Positions 10,869 to 21,893 of a stretch of 64,000 nucleotides of DNA are shown here, one piece after another; position 1 is the stretch's first letter, and every line of letters starts with the position of its first letter. The position numbers and the translations under genes were made by a program. The stretch is from Tortispora ganteri (lineage: Eukaryota): NCBI GenBank assembly GCA_003707115.1, contig PPNB01000021.1, forward strand, positions 62,001-126,000, in the 5' to 3' direction. The notes under the pieces were generated by a model. The model saw only the letters and a program-made list of their open reading frames with translations, was not told where the DNA came from and did not search any database.

Positions 10869-11939
10869 ATGACTTCAAACTACTTGAATATTCTCATAGA
10901 CTCACCTGAAAAGTTCTCAGATTTGCTTACTTCTGAATTCCTCGAGCAAATAGTCTCAGGAACTATTCCTGATGCACAAATAGCCGCTTTCCTAGTTCTC
11001 ATGAAATCCTCAAAATTAGATAAAGACCCCGCACATATTGCCGCTGCTGCCTCTAAAATGCTTCAACATGCAAAAATTATAAAACTAAATAGTCAACTTC
11101 AAATGGCAGATATTGTAGGCACCGGTGGCGACGGTCACAACACTTACAATGCATCTACTACTGCCGCGATCGTAGCAGCTGGCGCAGGCCTCCATGTCTG
11201 TAAACATGGAAACAAGGCATCTTCTTCCAAATCTGGCTCCGCAGACTTGCTAATGAGCCTCGGCGCCCAGCTAAATAACGTCACAGCTACATCCGCTCCA
11301 GATATTTTAGATCAAACAAAGTTCACGTTCCTCTATGCGCCTGTGTTCCACCCGGCTATGGCCAAGGTCGCTCCAGCTCGCAAAGCGCTTGCTATACCTA
11401 CACTCTTTAACCTGCTCGGCCCGCTGCTTAATCCTGCACCTATAAGGTACCGCCTAATTGGCGTGAACTCGCCCGCAATAGGCAAGTTATACGCTGAATC
11501 GCTCCAGTTGCTAGACAGAATTAGGCAGAACCACTCTTCCGGTATTGTCGTTTGCGGAGCCGAGTCTCTTGACGAGATTTCGCCCGCAGGACCTACACAT
11601 ATATGGACTTTTGACTCCGATTCAATTGTCGAATCTACCGTGACGCCTGCAGATTTCGGCCTGCCGTCGCACTCGCTGTCCGAGGTCAAGTCTGGCACCC
11701 CAGAGGAAAACGCTGAATACCTCACGCGTCTCTTGAACAATCCAGAAACAATACCTGAAAATGAACCCAAACTAGATTTTGTGCTATTGAATGCGGCAGC
11801 GCTTTTATATATATCTGGAATCGCAGATTCCTGGAAAGACGGTGTCGTTAAAGCGCGTGAATCTATCAACTCCGGTGCCGCAAAAACAGCCTTCGAGACA
11901 TTTGCTAAACTTTCGCGACAGACAGCTGATGCTTCATGA
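10869..11939 (+). CDS. TRP4: Anthranilate phosphoribosyltransferase
   Basis: Likely start MTSNYL at 10869. DIVGTGGDGHNTYNAST, KHGNKASSSKSGSADLL, FNLLGPLLNP, LDEISP. Confidence 0.95.
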   Translation: MTSNYLNILIDSPEKFSDLLTSEFLEQIVSGTIPDAQIAAFLVLMKSSKLDKDPAHIAAAASKMLQHAKIIKLNSQLQMADIVGTGGDGHNTYNASTTAAIVAAGAGLHVCKHGNKASSSKSGSADLLMSLGAQLNNVTATSAPDILDQTKFTFLYAPVFHPAMAKVAPARKALAIPTLFNLLGPLLNPAPIRYRLIGVNSPAIGKLYAESLQLLDRIRQNHSSGIVVCGAESLDEISPAGPTHIWTFDSDSIVESTVTPADFGLPSHSLSEVKSGTPEENAEYLTRLLNNPETIPENEPKLDFVLLNAAALLYISGIADSWKDGVVKARESINSGAAKTAFETFAKLSRQTADAS

Positions 11940-13259
11940 TTCAAGCAGTTCATATTCATCTTCGTCAATTAGCCGCAGAAGCTCGTCAACCTTAGTTCTA
12001 GACGCCGCTGATGGCACCTCCGATTGTTGCTGAAGCATTTGGTTGGCCTCTTCGATGTTGTCATAGTCCATAGCCTCGTCCAGTTTATCTTCAGGCTTGC
12101 CTATATCCACTTCGTCTGACGTGCAGACTTTTTTAATCCTGTTTCGCAGCAGTGCACGTACCTGTGCTATATAATTCGTGTCGAACCAGCCATCCACAGA
12201 GTCTGGATGATCCTTGTATACCGGGTGTTCTAGCAGACCTTTAACTTCAGGGTCTGTGATATCGCAGAGCTGGAATGTCTTGGTGCGCGGAACATGTACG
12301 CCGTCAAATATGTAACCTTTTTCCTGGCTCTGAAGCATACCTTTGGACGGAAGTGCGGCGGTCAGTCGAAACGTTTCGACTTGATACACCGAGTATTTTT
12401 TGTCTGTGGCCGGATCAACTCCGAAACTTGTATACGTGCCCCGCCACGGTCCGCTTTTCCACGTATAGGCCACGTACGCCAGGGCCCACTTAAGCTGCGG
12501 GATCTGGGGTTCTGGCAGCATCGATTCGAACACTGCACGCGTACAGAACGGTCTTTCTCGTAGAATGCCGCTAATAGTATCAATGACGGCTTGAACTTCA
12601 GGTGTAGGTGTAGCTAGCTCTGCTGAGGGGCGCGAAGGGATCTTTTCACCCCAGCGAAGAGACTTAATATAAGTGCGTGGAGCTGTAGCGCGCGAAACAA
12701 GACGCTGGACGCCATCTGGGCCAGAAACGACAACAGCGGCTGGATTGGACCGGTAGCCATAATCAAAGGGCACAGCGACGCGGGAATACCTGGGCGGCGT
12801 GACGATGTCCTGGACGTCTCTGGCGATACCGCCAAAATCAAGGTTGTGGATCTGGTCAAAATCCATTGATTTCAGCGGATTTAGTACACGTTCAACAGAA
12901 GATTGGCCAAATCCAGTCTGGAAGTCGGCGAGTTCTCTGAATCGCACGGTCTTGTGGCAGACGAGTTTCGGCAAGACCGTAATCTGATCGCCATTGCTTT
13001 TTGCAGCTGCGAGAGCCGCCCTTGCATCCTCGAAAAACATGGTGCTATACTGCTCAGGCATGTCGATTTCCAGTACGATAGTTGTGTCGCTAGCACGTGT
13101 GCTGGCGATAGAGTGACCGAGCGGATCTTCTGGGTTGAGGAGCAGCTCCAACGGCTCACCGTTCGCAAGAGCTGCACGTACAGCATTGGCACCGCCAAGC
13201 ATGCTAACCACATGTGCCTCTGAGATGTTTAAAGGCAGCTCAATTGCATGGGCTTTCAT
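11934..13259 (-). CDS. TFC1: TFIIIC subunit tau95 (Tfc1/Sfc1)
   Basis: IELP..I, MLGG, RFRELADFQ, ERPFCTR, YVAYTWKSGPWRGTYTSFGVDP, FQLCDITDP, DGWF. Confidence 0.9.
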   Translation of the reverse strand: MKAHAIELPLNISEAHVVSMLGGANAVRAALANGEPLELLLNPEDPLGHSIASTRASDTTIVLEIDMPEQYSTMFFEDARAALAAAKSNGDQITVLPKLVCHKTVRFRELADFQTGFGQSSVERVLNPLKSMDFDQIHNLDFGGIARDVQDIVTPPRYSRVAVPFDYGYRSNPAAVVVSGPDGVQRLVSRATAPRTYIKSLRWGEKIPSRPSAELATPTPEVQAVIDTISGILRERPFCTRAVFESMLPEPQIPQLKWALAYVAYTWKSGPWRGTYTSFGVDPATDKKYSVYQVETFRLTAALPSKGMLQSQEKGYIFDGVHVPRTKTFQLCDITDPEVKGLLEHPVYKDHPDSVDGWFDTNYIAQVRALLRNRIKKVCTSDEVDIGKPEDKLDEAMDYDNIEEANQMLQQQSEVPSAASRTKVDELLRLIDEDEYELLES

Positions 13260-14012
13260 CAAGACACTATACTGCTTTGCCTTGGTGCGCGTCTTTCATC
13301 ATTGTAGAGCGGTACGGGTATTAACCCTAAACCCACAAGATATCGGGAATCGACGAGGCAGGTGAAGTGAGTTACAGCGTGATCGGCGTCGAGGGACTAA
13401 GCGCGCTCGGCCGTATTTGATACTAGTTTCTGCATAGAAAAAGCTAGAGCAAAACATAGCTATATGAATGCAGTATTAGTAAATTATTAGCAAGATTAAA
13501 TAGATATTTTGTGCAGATAATGTTCTTTTGTAGTGGCCGCGAAATGGCGGTGGGGCGTTGATTTGGGAGAGGGGGAAAAAGGGGGGGGAGCCGCCGTGGG
13601 CAAAGGGGGCCCAATACTCGGAACACTTATAGCTTAACCACACCACACTTAAGCAGAATATAAACGGAGACTCTTTCAGCATAATTTTGCTATATTTCTA
13701 TTTAAAAACAGTAGTGATACAGTTGTATACTTGCAATTTTTTTTTTTTAAAAAAAACCGTTGTTGAAACTTAGCGCGATTGCTGAATTTCCAGACTAATA
13801 CACGTCCACGTTACGACTATTTACCTGTTTTATACTATTACCCTTGGTTCTCCTGGTTCTCCTAGTTCTGCATTGCTACTTCGCTGAACCACCCCCGTTA
13901 CGACGTAATTACACCATCTTAAGCGTCATCGTCGACATATTCCACACTCTGATCGCCCGGCCTTCGCCGCATACTTTCTGACTTCAAAGCCGCCAGGCTC
14001 CTCGCTGCCAAC

Positions 14013-15857
14013 ATGAAAGGCATACGCCAGCGTATGCTTGGTCGAAGCAAGTCGTCTGACTCCGACGGTAAAGCCTCGAAGAAAAAGGACAAAAATATAC
14101 ACTCAAATTCAAACTCATCAAATTCAAACCAATCTCGAGGTCACACTAATGCCGACGCTAAACATATCTCTACCAACATTGCCTCCCACAAACAGAACGA
14201 CAACCAACCTTCCTCTGTACAGAACAATGACGCTCATCTGGCACCGTTTACACGCGCGTCTCCCGTTGCACCTTCGGCTACAAATGCCATACCCCAAGTC
14301 GTTTTGTCCTCCTCTGCAAATGATGATAGATCTACTAGACTTGACGGCTCTAACGTACCGGAAGCACAATGGGACCTCGTCACCGCGCTCAACAGCACAA
14401 GAACTGTCCCAGGCGCAGTCGTAGATGGCATAAAACTAGGAAAACGACAGTCCTCCTCAGTATTTGAAATATCTCCGCGCCGAGAGTTGCAGCGTCTCCC
14501 CTCCATTATGACTGTGGCCGCACCACACAGACAAGAAATATTCCTGCACCAAATTGAACAGTGCTCCGTCATATTTGATTTCAACGACCCCTCTTCAGAT
14601 CTCGAGGGTAAAGAAATAAAGCGATCAGCTCTTATAGATCTTGCTGAATACATTTCCAGTTCACGAGTTTCGTTCACTGACGAAGTTTATGCCGCAATGA
14701 TACACATGTTCTCCGTTAACATTTTCCGACCAATACCACCACCAGTTAACCCCTTCGGCGACATATTCGACCCCGATGAAGATGAACCAGTCTTTGAGGT
14801 TGCATGGCCTCATATGGAACTTGTATACAATCTCTTTTTGCGATTCCTTGAGTCAGAAGACTTCTCACACGCTGCAGCCAAGCCATACATAGACACAAAA
14901 TTTGTTCTCCAGCTGTTAGAATTATTTGATTCAGAAGACGCTCGAGAAAGAGAGCTACTGAAGACAACTCTTCACAGAATATATGGGAAATTCCTGGCTC
15001 TTCGTTCCTTTATTCGCAAATCTATTAGCAACATCTTCTTCCAGTTCATGTACGAAACGGAGCATTTCAATGGAATAGGCGAATTGCTTGAAATTCTTGG
15101 CTCAATTATAAATGGATTCGCCTTACCGCTAAAAGCAGAGCACAAAAATTTCCTGCTGCGTGCACTAATGCCTTTACATAAAGCATACTCGTTGCCGGTG
15201 TTCCATGCGCAGCTCTCTTACTGCGTCCTGCAGTTTGTCGAAAAAGATCGCACTCTCGGAAAGGATGTCGTCCTAAGTCTACTACGATACTGGCCGAAAG
15301 TGAACTCATCTAAAGAAGTTTTGTTTTTGTCCGAACTGGAGGATATCATTGAGTCCATCGAGCCGAACGAGTTTGTTCAGGTGCAGACCCAGATATTTCA
15401 ACAGCTTAGTCGTTGCATTTCATCTACACATTTCCAGGTGGCGGAAAGAGCCTTGGTTTTTTGGTGTAATGATTATTTCTTGCGTTTATTACACGAGAAT
15501 ATAAATGTTGCTTTGCCGATTTTTGTTGGAGCCTTAGAGAACCTATCGCATGGCCATTGGAATGAATCTATATCAAGTATGGGCAACGGAGCGCGTGCTG
15601 TTATACTGTCTAATCATCCAATGTTTTACGATGAATGCCATGCCAAGTCTGATGAAGAGCGCCGACTTGCAGAAAGACACCACGAAGCGCTGTTGCGACT
15701 TGAGGAATCTCTTCGAGCCAACAATGTTGCTCTTCCTACTCCTCGGTCGATCTTACAAGTGCAACCTCGAGTGTACGGAAGACCTCCTCGGAACATGGCT
15801 GCGTTGACGGACGACACCGACTCGAATTTGCTATCAGTTGTGCCTATGCAGCAGTGA
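14013..15857 (+). CDS. RTS1: PP2A B56/B' regulatory subunit
   Basis: [78 protein letters not shown]. Confidence 0.95.
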   Translation: MKGIRQRMLGRSKSSDSDGKASKKKDKNIHSNSNSSNSNQSRGHTNADAKHISTNIASHKQNDNQPSSVQNNDAHLAPFTRASPVAPSATNAIPQVVLSSSANDDRSTRLDGSNVPEAQWDLVTALNSTRTVPGAVVDGIKLGKRQSSSVFEISPRRELQRLPSIMTVAAPHRQEIFLHQIEQCSVIFDFNDPSSDLEGKEIKRSALIDLAEYISSSRVSFTDEVYAAMIHMFSVNIFRPIPPPVNPFGDIFDPDEDEPVFEVAWPHMELVYNLFLRFLESEDFSHAAAKPYIDTKFVLQLLELFDSEDARERELLKTTLHRIYGKFLALRSFIRKSISNIFFQFMYETEHFNGIGELLEILGSIINGFALPLKAEHKNFLLRALMPLHKAYSLPVFHAQLSYCVLQFVEKDRTLGKDVVLSLLRYWPKVNSSKEVLFLSELEDIIESIEPNEFVQVQTQIFQQLSRCISSTHFQVAERALVFWCNDYFLRLLHENINVALPIFVGALENLSHGHWNESISSMGNGARAVILSNHPMFYDECHAKSDEERRLAERHHEALLRLEESLRANNVALPTPRSILQVQPRVYGRPPRNMAALTDDTDSNLLSVVPMQQ

Positions 15858-15864
15858 ATAGAGA

Positions 15865-15934
15865 GATGATGATGATGATGAAGAAGAAGGAGAAGAAGAA
15901 GGAGAAGAAGAAGAAGAAGAAGAAAAAGAAGAAG
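15865..15934 (+). repeat. (GAT)5 followed by imperfect (GAA)n microsatellite
   Basis: gatgatgatgatgatgaagaagaaggagaagaagaagg... a few bases after the RTS1 stop. Confidence 0.9.
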
Positions 15935-16142
15935 CAACTTAGAAGAATGATTTAAGAGAATGGAGTTATTATTATGTCATAGTGGAGTTTGCTGGTCGAG
16001 CCAACAATCTAGATTTACTCTTTTTATTTCTATTTTCTATGTTATATTTTTTCAATTCATTTTCCATTGTTTTACTTTTCTGGTTTGAAAAGAAGTAGAC
16101 TATGACCGATTTTTCAATTTCATCTTCCATCAATTAGTTCCC

Positions 16143-17333
16143 TTAAAGCAACTCATTAATGTTGGCAGGCATTTCGTTAATTTTTATTGAGTAGTATTTT
16201 TCAAGATCACGGATCATTTTCAAATCTTCAGAGGTGGAGAAGTTAATTGCGACACCTTTTCTGCCAAAACGGCCTGATCGTCCAATTCTGTGAATATAGT
16301 TCTCTCTGTTAGCGGGGACGTCATAGTTGATAACAAGTGAGACTTGCTGGACATCGATCCCACGGGCCCACACGTCTGTAGAGATAAGAACTCTGGTATT
16401 AGCTTGTCTAAAATTTTTCATTATAGCGTCACGTTCCTTTTGCATCATATCACCATGCATTGCAGCGACTGTGAACTCGTTTTCGCGCATTTTTTGTGCT
16501 AGCCAGTCAACTTTTCTGCGAGTGTTACAGAATATAACTGCCTGTGCGACAGTCAGTGTTTCATAGAGATCACATAAAGTATCGAATTTCCATTCCTCGC
16601 GTTCTACGTTAATATAAAATTGTTTGAGTCCATCTAGCGAGAGGTTGTCCCTTTTGACTAAAATCTTGACTGGATCAGTAGTGAACTTGTTCGTGATATC
16701 CAATACATCATTTGGCAGCGTAGCTGAAACAACTACAACCTGAGTTGAAGGTGGCAAATGTCTGTATATATCATTTATTTGTTCTTTGAACCCTTGATTC
16801 AGTAGTTCGTCGGCTTCATCAAGGATAAGCATCTTAACATGCCGCGTTGGTAGTGCTCGTCGCCGAATCATATCGGCAACTCGTCCAGGTGTACCAGAAA
16901 CTACATGTTGTCCTTGTTCAAGTTTGCGAATATCGTCACCGACACTGTTCCCACCCACGCATGCGTGACACTTGACATTCATATAATCACCTAGTGCCAT
17001 TATGACGTTCTCGATCTGCACTGCTAGTTCTCTTGTCGGGCTAAGTACAATACCTTGAACATGTTTTGATTTTGTATCTAGTACTTGTAATAACCCTATT
17101 GAGTAAGTCGCTGTCTTGCCAGTTCCAGATTGTGCTTGCGCCACTGTATCTCTGCCAGTTATGATTTGTGTAATTGCCCTACTTTGGATCGATGACGGCA
17201 ATTCGTATCCGTAAGAATAGATTCCTTTTAGTAGGTCAGGTTTTAAAGCCATATCTTCAAAAGTACGTGCAATTTTCACATCTTTTGATGTATTAAATTT
17301 CAATGAAGTGTCTAATGTACGATCAAAAGACAT
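16143..17333 (-). CDS. FAL1: DEAD-box helicase eIF4A-III/Fal1
   Basis: [72 protein letters not shown]. Confidence 0.95.
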   Translation of the reverse strand: MSFDRTLDTSLKFNTSKDVKIARTFEDMALKPDLLKGIYSYGYELPSSIQSRAITQIITGRDTVAQAQSGTGKTATYSIGLLQVLDTKSKHVQGIVLSPTRELAVQIENVIMALGDYMNVKCHACVGGNSVGDDIRKLEQGQHVVSGTPGRVADMIRRRALPTRHVKMLILDEADELLNQGFKEQINDIYRHLPPSTQVVVVSATLPNDVLDITNKFTTDPVKILVKRDNLSLDGLKQFYINVEREEWKFDTLCDLYETLTVAQAVIFCNTRRKVDWLAQKMRENEFTVAAMHGDMMQKERDAIMKNFRQANTRVLISTDVWARGIDVQQVSLVINYDVPANRENYIHRIGRSGRFGRKGVAINFSTSEDLKMIRDLEKYYSIKINEMPANINELL

Positions 17334-17446
17334 TTTAGATCAGGTGATTCAAAGATGTGTTTGTCAAATTTTAGATTCTCCCAGTGTATATACATACATA
17401 CATACATAATATCAATTAAAATGATACATATATACATTATATCAAT

Positions 17447-19219
17447 TTAAGATGAACATGAACATTGCATCGATCTTTTCTCCCTCGGTGCAGGTTCTTT
17501 GTACTTATTTTCCATCTCAGTATCAAAACCCCATGTCTCAGCGAATGGATCAAGCGCCATACTCATAACCTTTTGCAACAATGTGTAATCTTCATTATAC
17601 GCCGCAGTGATCACATCATCAAGCACAGCACCTCGTAATACAAATGATGGATTTACTAAATTCATCTGCTGTTGTCGATATGTGTCGTTAGTCACTCCTT
17701 GTTCTGCCAACACTGACTTATATTGCTCCAACCATCCCCCTACATCTTTTGCAATTTCAGCATCGTTAGGTGAACCAACGTTTTTCACAGCAGGGATAAA
17801 CAATTTCGCTAACTCAGACCAGTCTTTGGTATCACTATCAAATAGTCTTAACGTACCAAGTCGGCGAAATGTACAGTGGAAATCAAGCATGTTAGTCTCC
17901 ATTGTCTCCAGCAAGTCTTTCACTAAATCCTCGTTGTATTCTGTCAGACCCAGTCTACGTGCAAAAAGACTGTTTCGAGTATATTTGTATTCGTACAAAT
18001 ATACTTCATGCGCATATGTGAGGACTTCTCGCAACCGCTCGACCAGTATACGCACAGTCTCTTCGTTTTTAGAGAAAGTCGTCATATATTCGTCACTGTT
18101 CAGCTCATCCTCTGTCGCTCCAAGCATTTCACCAAGATTCTCACCGAGCTTAGCAAGGTTCCACCAGATAATTTCTGGCGTGTTTTGATACGTGTAGCGC
18201 AACAACTGATCGTCATGGTTGGGCGTATATTGTGGATCAAACGTGTCCATGAACGCAAATGGACCATAATCCATTGAAAGACCTATCAGTGACGTGTTGT
18301 CTGTGTTCAACACACCATTCATGAATCCATACGCCTGCCACATACCCACCGACCGTGCATTTCTCCGTACTACCTCTAAGTAGAATTGTACATATACGTG
18401 CACCAGCTTAGGGATCGAGTCCGGACAATTTTTCGCAATCTCTGCAAACGATCGTTGCAACCCTTCTGCCCCACCAAATAAATGGCCAATAGCATAATCT
18501 GCCAACTGCCTGACTGCTTTACGATCACCCTTCCATGCATGTATGTCGAAGTTCCCTAACCGTAGCCATGACTCGGCGAACCTGCAGACCACTGCTGTGG
18601 GTTCTGGCCCATTCTCGCGCATAGCTACACGGTCATTAATTTTAATCAAAGATAATGCACGCGTTGTAGGAATATGCAGAGCGTTCAGATGCTCAGATAC
18701 TAAAAATTCGCGAATTGAAGACCGCAGAACCGCTAATCCATCGGCAAAACGTCCATAAGGAGTTTTGCCGGCACCTTTTAGTTGTATTTCGTACGATTTG
18801 TCGCCAACTTTAGTTTCAAACAGTGTAATAGCCCTTCCATCGCCTAATTGACCAGCACGTTGCCCGAATTGCCACCCTCCGTAATTGTTCGCCCACGGAT
18901 ATACAGATTGCTCGGATAAATCGCCCCCATCAGTCAAAATCTGTTTGAATTCCTCTGTCTTTGCATCTTCTGGGTCAATACCCAAATCTTTCAGCGCAGT
19001 AGGAGAAACAGCCAGCAACTCAGAATCTGTTGTCTTCAAAGGCGCTACGTACGAAAAATGGCCGTCAACTAGTCGCGCTGATCGCAGTAGCGACTCATGC
19101 GCATTCTTAGCTATGTCAGGAGTAGGAAGTGCTGTATCGGCACTTAAAGCTGCAGTCAGCGTATTGTACCGAGGCAAATCAACAAGTCTCATCCTACTGA
19201 CACTCCGTCTAAATGACAT
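17447..19219 (-). CDS. FMP40: SelO-family protein AMPylase, mitochondrial, Cys form
   Basis: YGGWQFG..AGQLGDGRAI, QLKGAGKTPYGRFADGLAVLRSSIREFL, GFMNGVLNTDN, DYGPF, C-terminal CSCSS. Confidence 0.95.
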   Translation of the reverse strand: MSFRRSVSRMRLVDLPRYNTLTAALSADTALPTPDIAKNAHESLLRSARLVDGHFSYVAPLKTTDSELLAVSPTALKDLGIDPEDAKTEEFKQILTDGGDLSEQSVYPWANNYGGWQFGQRAGQLGDGRAITLFETKVGDKSYEIQLKGAGKTPYGRFADGLAVLRSSIREFLVSEHLNALHIPTTRALSLIKINDRVAMRENGPEPTAVVCRFAESWLRLGNFDIHAWKGDRKAVRQLADYAIGHLFGGAEGLQRSFAEIAKNCPDSIPKLVHVYVQFYLEVVRRNARSVGMWQAYGFMNGVLNTDNTSLIGLSMDYGPFAFMDTFDPQYTPNHDDQLLRYTYQNTPEIIWWNLAKLGENLGEMLGATEDELNSDEYMTTFSKNEETVRILVERLREVLTYAHEVYLYEYKYTRNSLFARRLGLTEYNEDLVKDLLETMETNMLDFHCTFRRLGTLRLFDSDTKDWSELAKLFIPAVKNVGSPNDAEIAKDVGGWLEQYKSVLAEQGVTNDTYRQQQMNLVNPSFVLRGAVLDDVITAAYNEDYTLLQKVMSMALDPFAETWGFDTEMENKYKEPAPREKRSMQCSCSS

Positions 19220-19589
19220 CCAATTGTAGAGAAAAAGGGGTATCAGAATCTAACCGCCGTTTTATTGGCAAATCTGTCGCTGAGGTCATAAACCCTAATC
19301 TCTCTGTTAAGGTTTTGTGGGGTAAATCTATGGAAATTGCCTCCGCTACTAAGTGAAATCTGCTAAACTGAAGAATGATAGTATTAGTGCGTTAAATATT
19401 ACTTATATAGTTTAAAGAGGTCGCTCTAAGAAGTAACAGGAAGAATATAGTAACTGATGCGGATGGAACGCTGATACTCTCATCTAAACATACTATATAG
19501 AATAGGCTCAAAGCAGGAAGTAAACCTGATCGCCATGCCCGGTCTCATCGGGGCTGGTTTATATGCGTAGAACAGACTGAACATGTGGG

Positions 19590-20255
19590 TTATACAACAG
19601 GTGCAGTTAGATCAGCGTCCGGTTTAGTTTCTTCCGCGGTCTTCTCCGGGGCAGATTTCTCCTCTGAGTCTAGTTTCTCCTTCGAGAGATCTTGCTTTTC
19701 TTGCTTTTCTTGCTTTTCTTGCTTCTGCTGAATTTCCCTGAGCGCACCCTCAAACGAGTCTGCAGGGCTGATTCCCACCGAAACATTGAGGAACACACCG
19801 TCTTTAAGAATCCAGTGCGATCTGATAACGCCAGATGGAGACTTAGCAGCGCCAAGCTTTGAGATCAGTTCGCGTTTTGGGTCACTTAGAAGTGTATAGG
19901 GAAGCGACTGCTTTGTCTGGAACGTCTTCTGAGCTTTAGGCGAATCGGCGGAGATTCCGAATACCTGCGCATCTACAGCTGTGAACTTCGGGTACCGATC
20001 TCTAAATCCACAGGCCTGTTTCGTGCAGCCAGGAGTGCTGGCTTTCGGGTAAGAGAATATAACAACCAAATTGTCGGCGAGAATTTTATGGATATTCACC
20101 GGCTTACCGTCCTGGTCGAGTAACGTAAAATCCGGATCGATTTCTAGTCGTTTCCCTACCTCTGGACGCGCAGTCTTAGGCCGTTTAGAAATAACCGGCG
20201 CCGCCGTTGTCGGCTCCTCGGCAGAAGGTTTGCGCTTACTTCTCAATTCGACCAT
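19590..20255 (-). CDS. DOT5: BCP/PrxQ peroxiredoxin
   Basis: YPKASTPGCTKQACGFRD active site; start MVELRSKRK at 20255 (an upstream in-frame ATG exists at 20354). Confidence 0.9.
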   Translation of the reverse strand: MVELRSKRKPSAEEPTTAAPVISKRPKTARPEVGKRLEIDPDFTLLDQDGKPVNIHKILADNLVVIFSYPKASTPGCTKQACGFRDRYPKFTAVDAQVFGISADSPKAQKTFQTKQSLPYTLLSDPKRELISKLGAAKSPSGVIRSHWILKDGVFLNVSVGISPADSFEGALREIQQKQEKQEKQEKQDLSKEKLDSEEKSAPEKTAEETKPDADLTAPVV

Positions 20256-20477
20256 TCTAAGATGATAATTTCGTTGTGAAAGTAATGGAAAGAATGCAGG
20301 GTGCAGGAGTGATAGGCTGGTCTTTTTATATGCAAGTATTCTCCTTTTCCCCATCACGTTCTCGGGGCATAGCTTTTAGGGCGGACTTTCCGAAAGCCTA
20401 ATTACGATATTGGGCAGGGTAAATTCTACAAAGTTGTTAACTAAAAATTCATATAAAAACCTCATTAGTTGCATGAT

Positions 20478-21655
20478 CTAGATTTGGCGTTTGATGAGGT
20501 CGTTAATAAGATCCTCACGGTCGCCGAGAGAACCGCCTTCGATGAAGTGCTTGAATTTGCGGCGAACTCCCCATCCACCGTTGGGGTTAGAGAGTTTGAA
20601 AGGCCACAAGAAGTTGCTGGCCTGCTTGAAAGCAGGACCAACAGTATAGATCTCGTGGATCAAGTCTTCAACACAGATAATACCGTACTTGCCGAGATTT
20701 TCTTCAATAACGGCGTTGTCAGTAATTGGCAGACGCTGTCCGTTGACCTTGGCGTATCCACGCTTGTAGACAAGTTTGCGAACAGTGGAAAGGTTAGGAT
20801 AACCGTAAGCGACGTAAGGCTCTATGGCACGGAGCATCTCAGAGGTGGCAGAGGTGAGCTTAATAAACACACCGTTGTTCATTTGCAACAAACGTAAAAG
20901 TTTCATGATCTTTTTGGGTTTTGGTGGAACCTTGTTGATACCTTTAATACGAATAACGAATACAAGCTTGGGCTGAGTAGGAACGTAAAACTCGTCCTTG
21001 CTCTTAGCAAGTCTGTTAAGACGGATTTGTTCGCGCTCGGTATCACGGTATTCCTTAACGTACTTCTCAGCACGTTTGAAGATAACTTCGCGTTTTTCCT
21101 TAGCAGCCTAAATATGTTAGTATACTTTGTTGATCGCTCAAAAAAAAAAAAATTCGCTATAAAAAGATCGCGTGTCAGACCCGATAGATGGTTAACGTTT
21201 CAACATCATCGCTAACATGTAGCTTGTCGAAGCAAAGGTAAAAATTATGCATCATCTAGATCTCTATAATTGTAAACTTACCTTCTTGCGGGCTTCGGCG
21301 TTAGCAGCACGCTCAGCAGCGGCCTTCTCGGTAGCTTTACGCTTTTTCAAAATAGTCTCAGGGACTTGACTAGTATTGTTAGTTGCGAGCTCTCACTAAA
21401 CACTCGACACTGCAACTCGCACTTCTGCTTTTAATTCAAGCGATATCATTAAGGAATCGCAAGAACAATACCTGATTCTTCGTATAACAAAGAATCAGAG
21501 TCTCGGGCATAAATAAAATGCTCCCATTCTTTTCAGGAGAAAGAGCGAGCTTTACACCCAGTCCTCTTAATCCCACAACCCAGAAGATATCGTCTTCTGG
21601 AGAATGCAAATATACAGGCCGGTCGTACATTAAATATAACTTACGTTCCAGCCAT
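20478..21655 (-). CDS. RPL7: 60S ribosomal protein uL30 (L7), exons 21655-21645, 21369-21282, 21107-20478
   Basis: Spliced product [15 protein letters not shown]...[20 protein letters not shown]...[11 protein letters not shown]. Both introns have GTAAGT donor, ACTAAC branch point and TAG acceptor. Confidence 0.95.
21172..21260 (-). ncRNA. Intronic box C/D snoRNA, snR39/snR39B/snR59 family
   Basis: In RPL7 intron 2: C-like AUGAUGC (21255-21249), internal AUGAUGU, guide ACCAUCUAUCGGGU directly before D box CUGA (21178-21175). Guide is complementary, with one mismatch, to conserved LSU rRNA ACCCGAAAGAUGGU. S. cerevisiae RPL7 intron 2 hosts snR39/snR59. Confidence 0.85.
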
Positions 21656-21893
21656 TGTTTCTGTTTAATTTGGTACAAGGATAGTAGTATCAAAGTAAGA
21701 ACTTCGCAGTGTACTACCTATGTCGCTTTGTTGGGACTTAACCGTGACTGTGTTTTGTCTTAGAAACACAAAAACCTACCCTATACTTTTCTTAAACCTA
21801 CTAAACCCACACACGAACTCTATTTTACGTGAACCTACTACGTATTCTGCTGTATTCTGTCACCTCTAGCATACTCTCCCCCACAACTTCACA

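Noticed and set aside
13346..13356. B-box-like TCGATTCC in the TFC1 promoter (possible TFIIIC autoregulation)
   Set aside because: The 5' half does not match GGTTCGA; too degenerate.
15626..15937. Poly-Leu/His ORF on the minus strand
   Set aside because: Antisense translation of the GAT/GAA microsatellite.
17447..17470. Selenocysteine in the SelO homolog
   Set aside because: C-terminus is TGT TCA TGT TCA TCT TAA (CSCSS-stop); no in-frame UGA.
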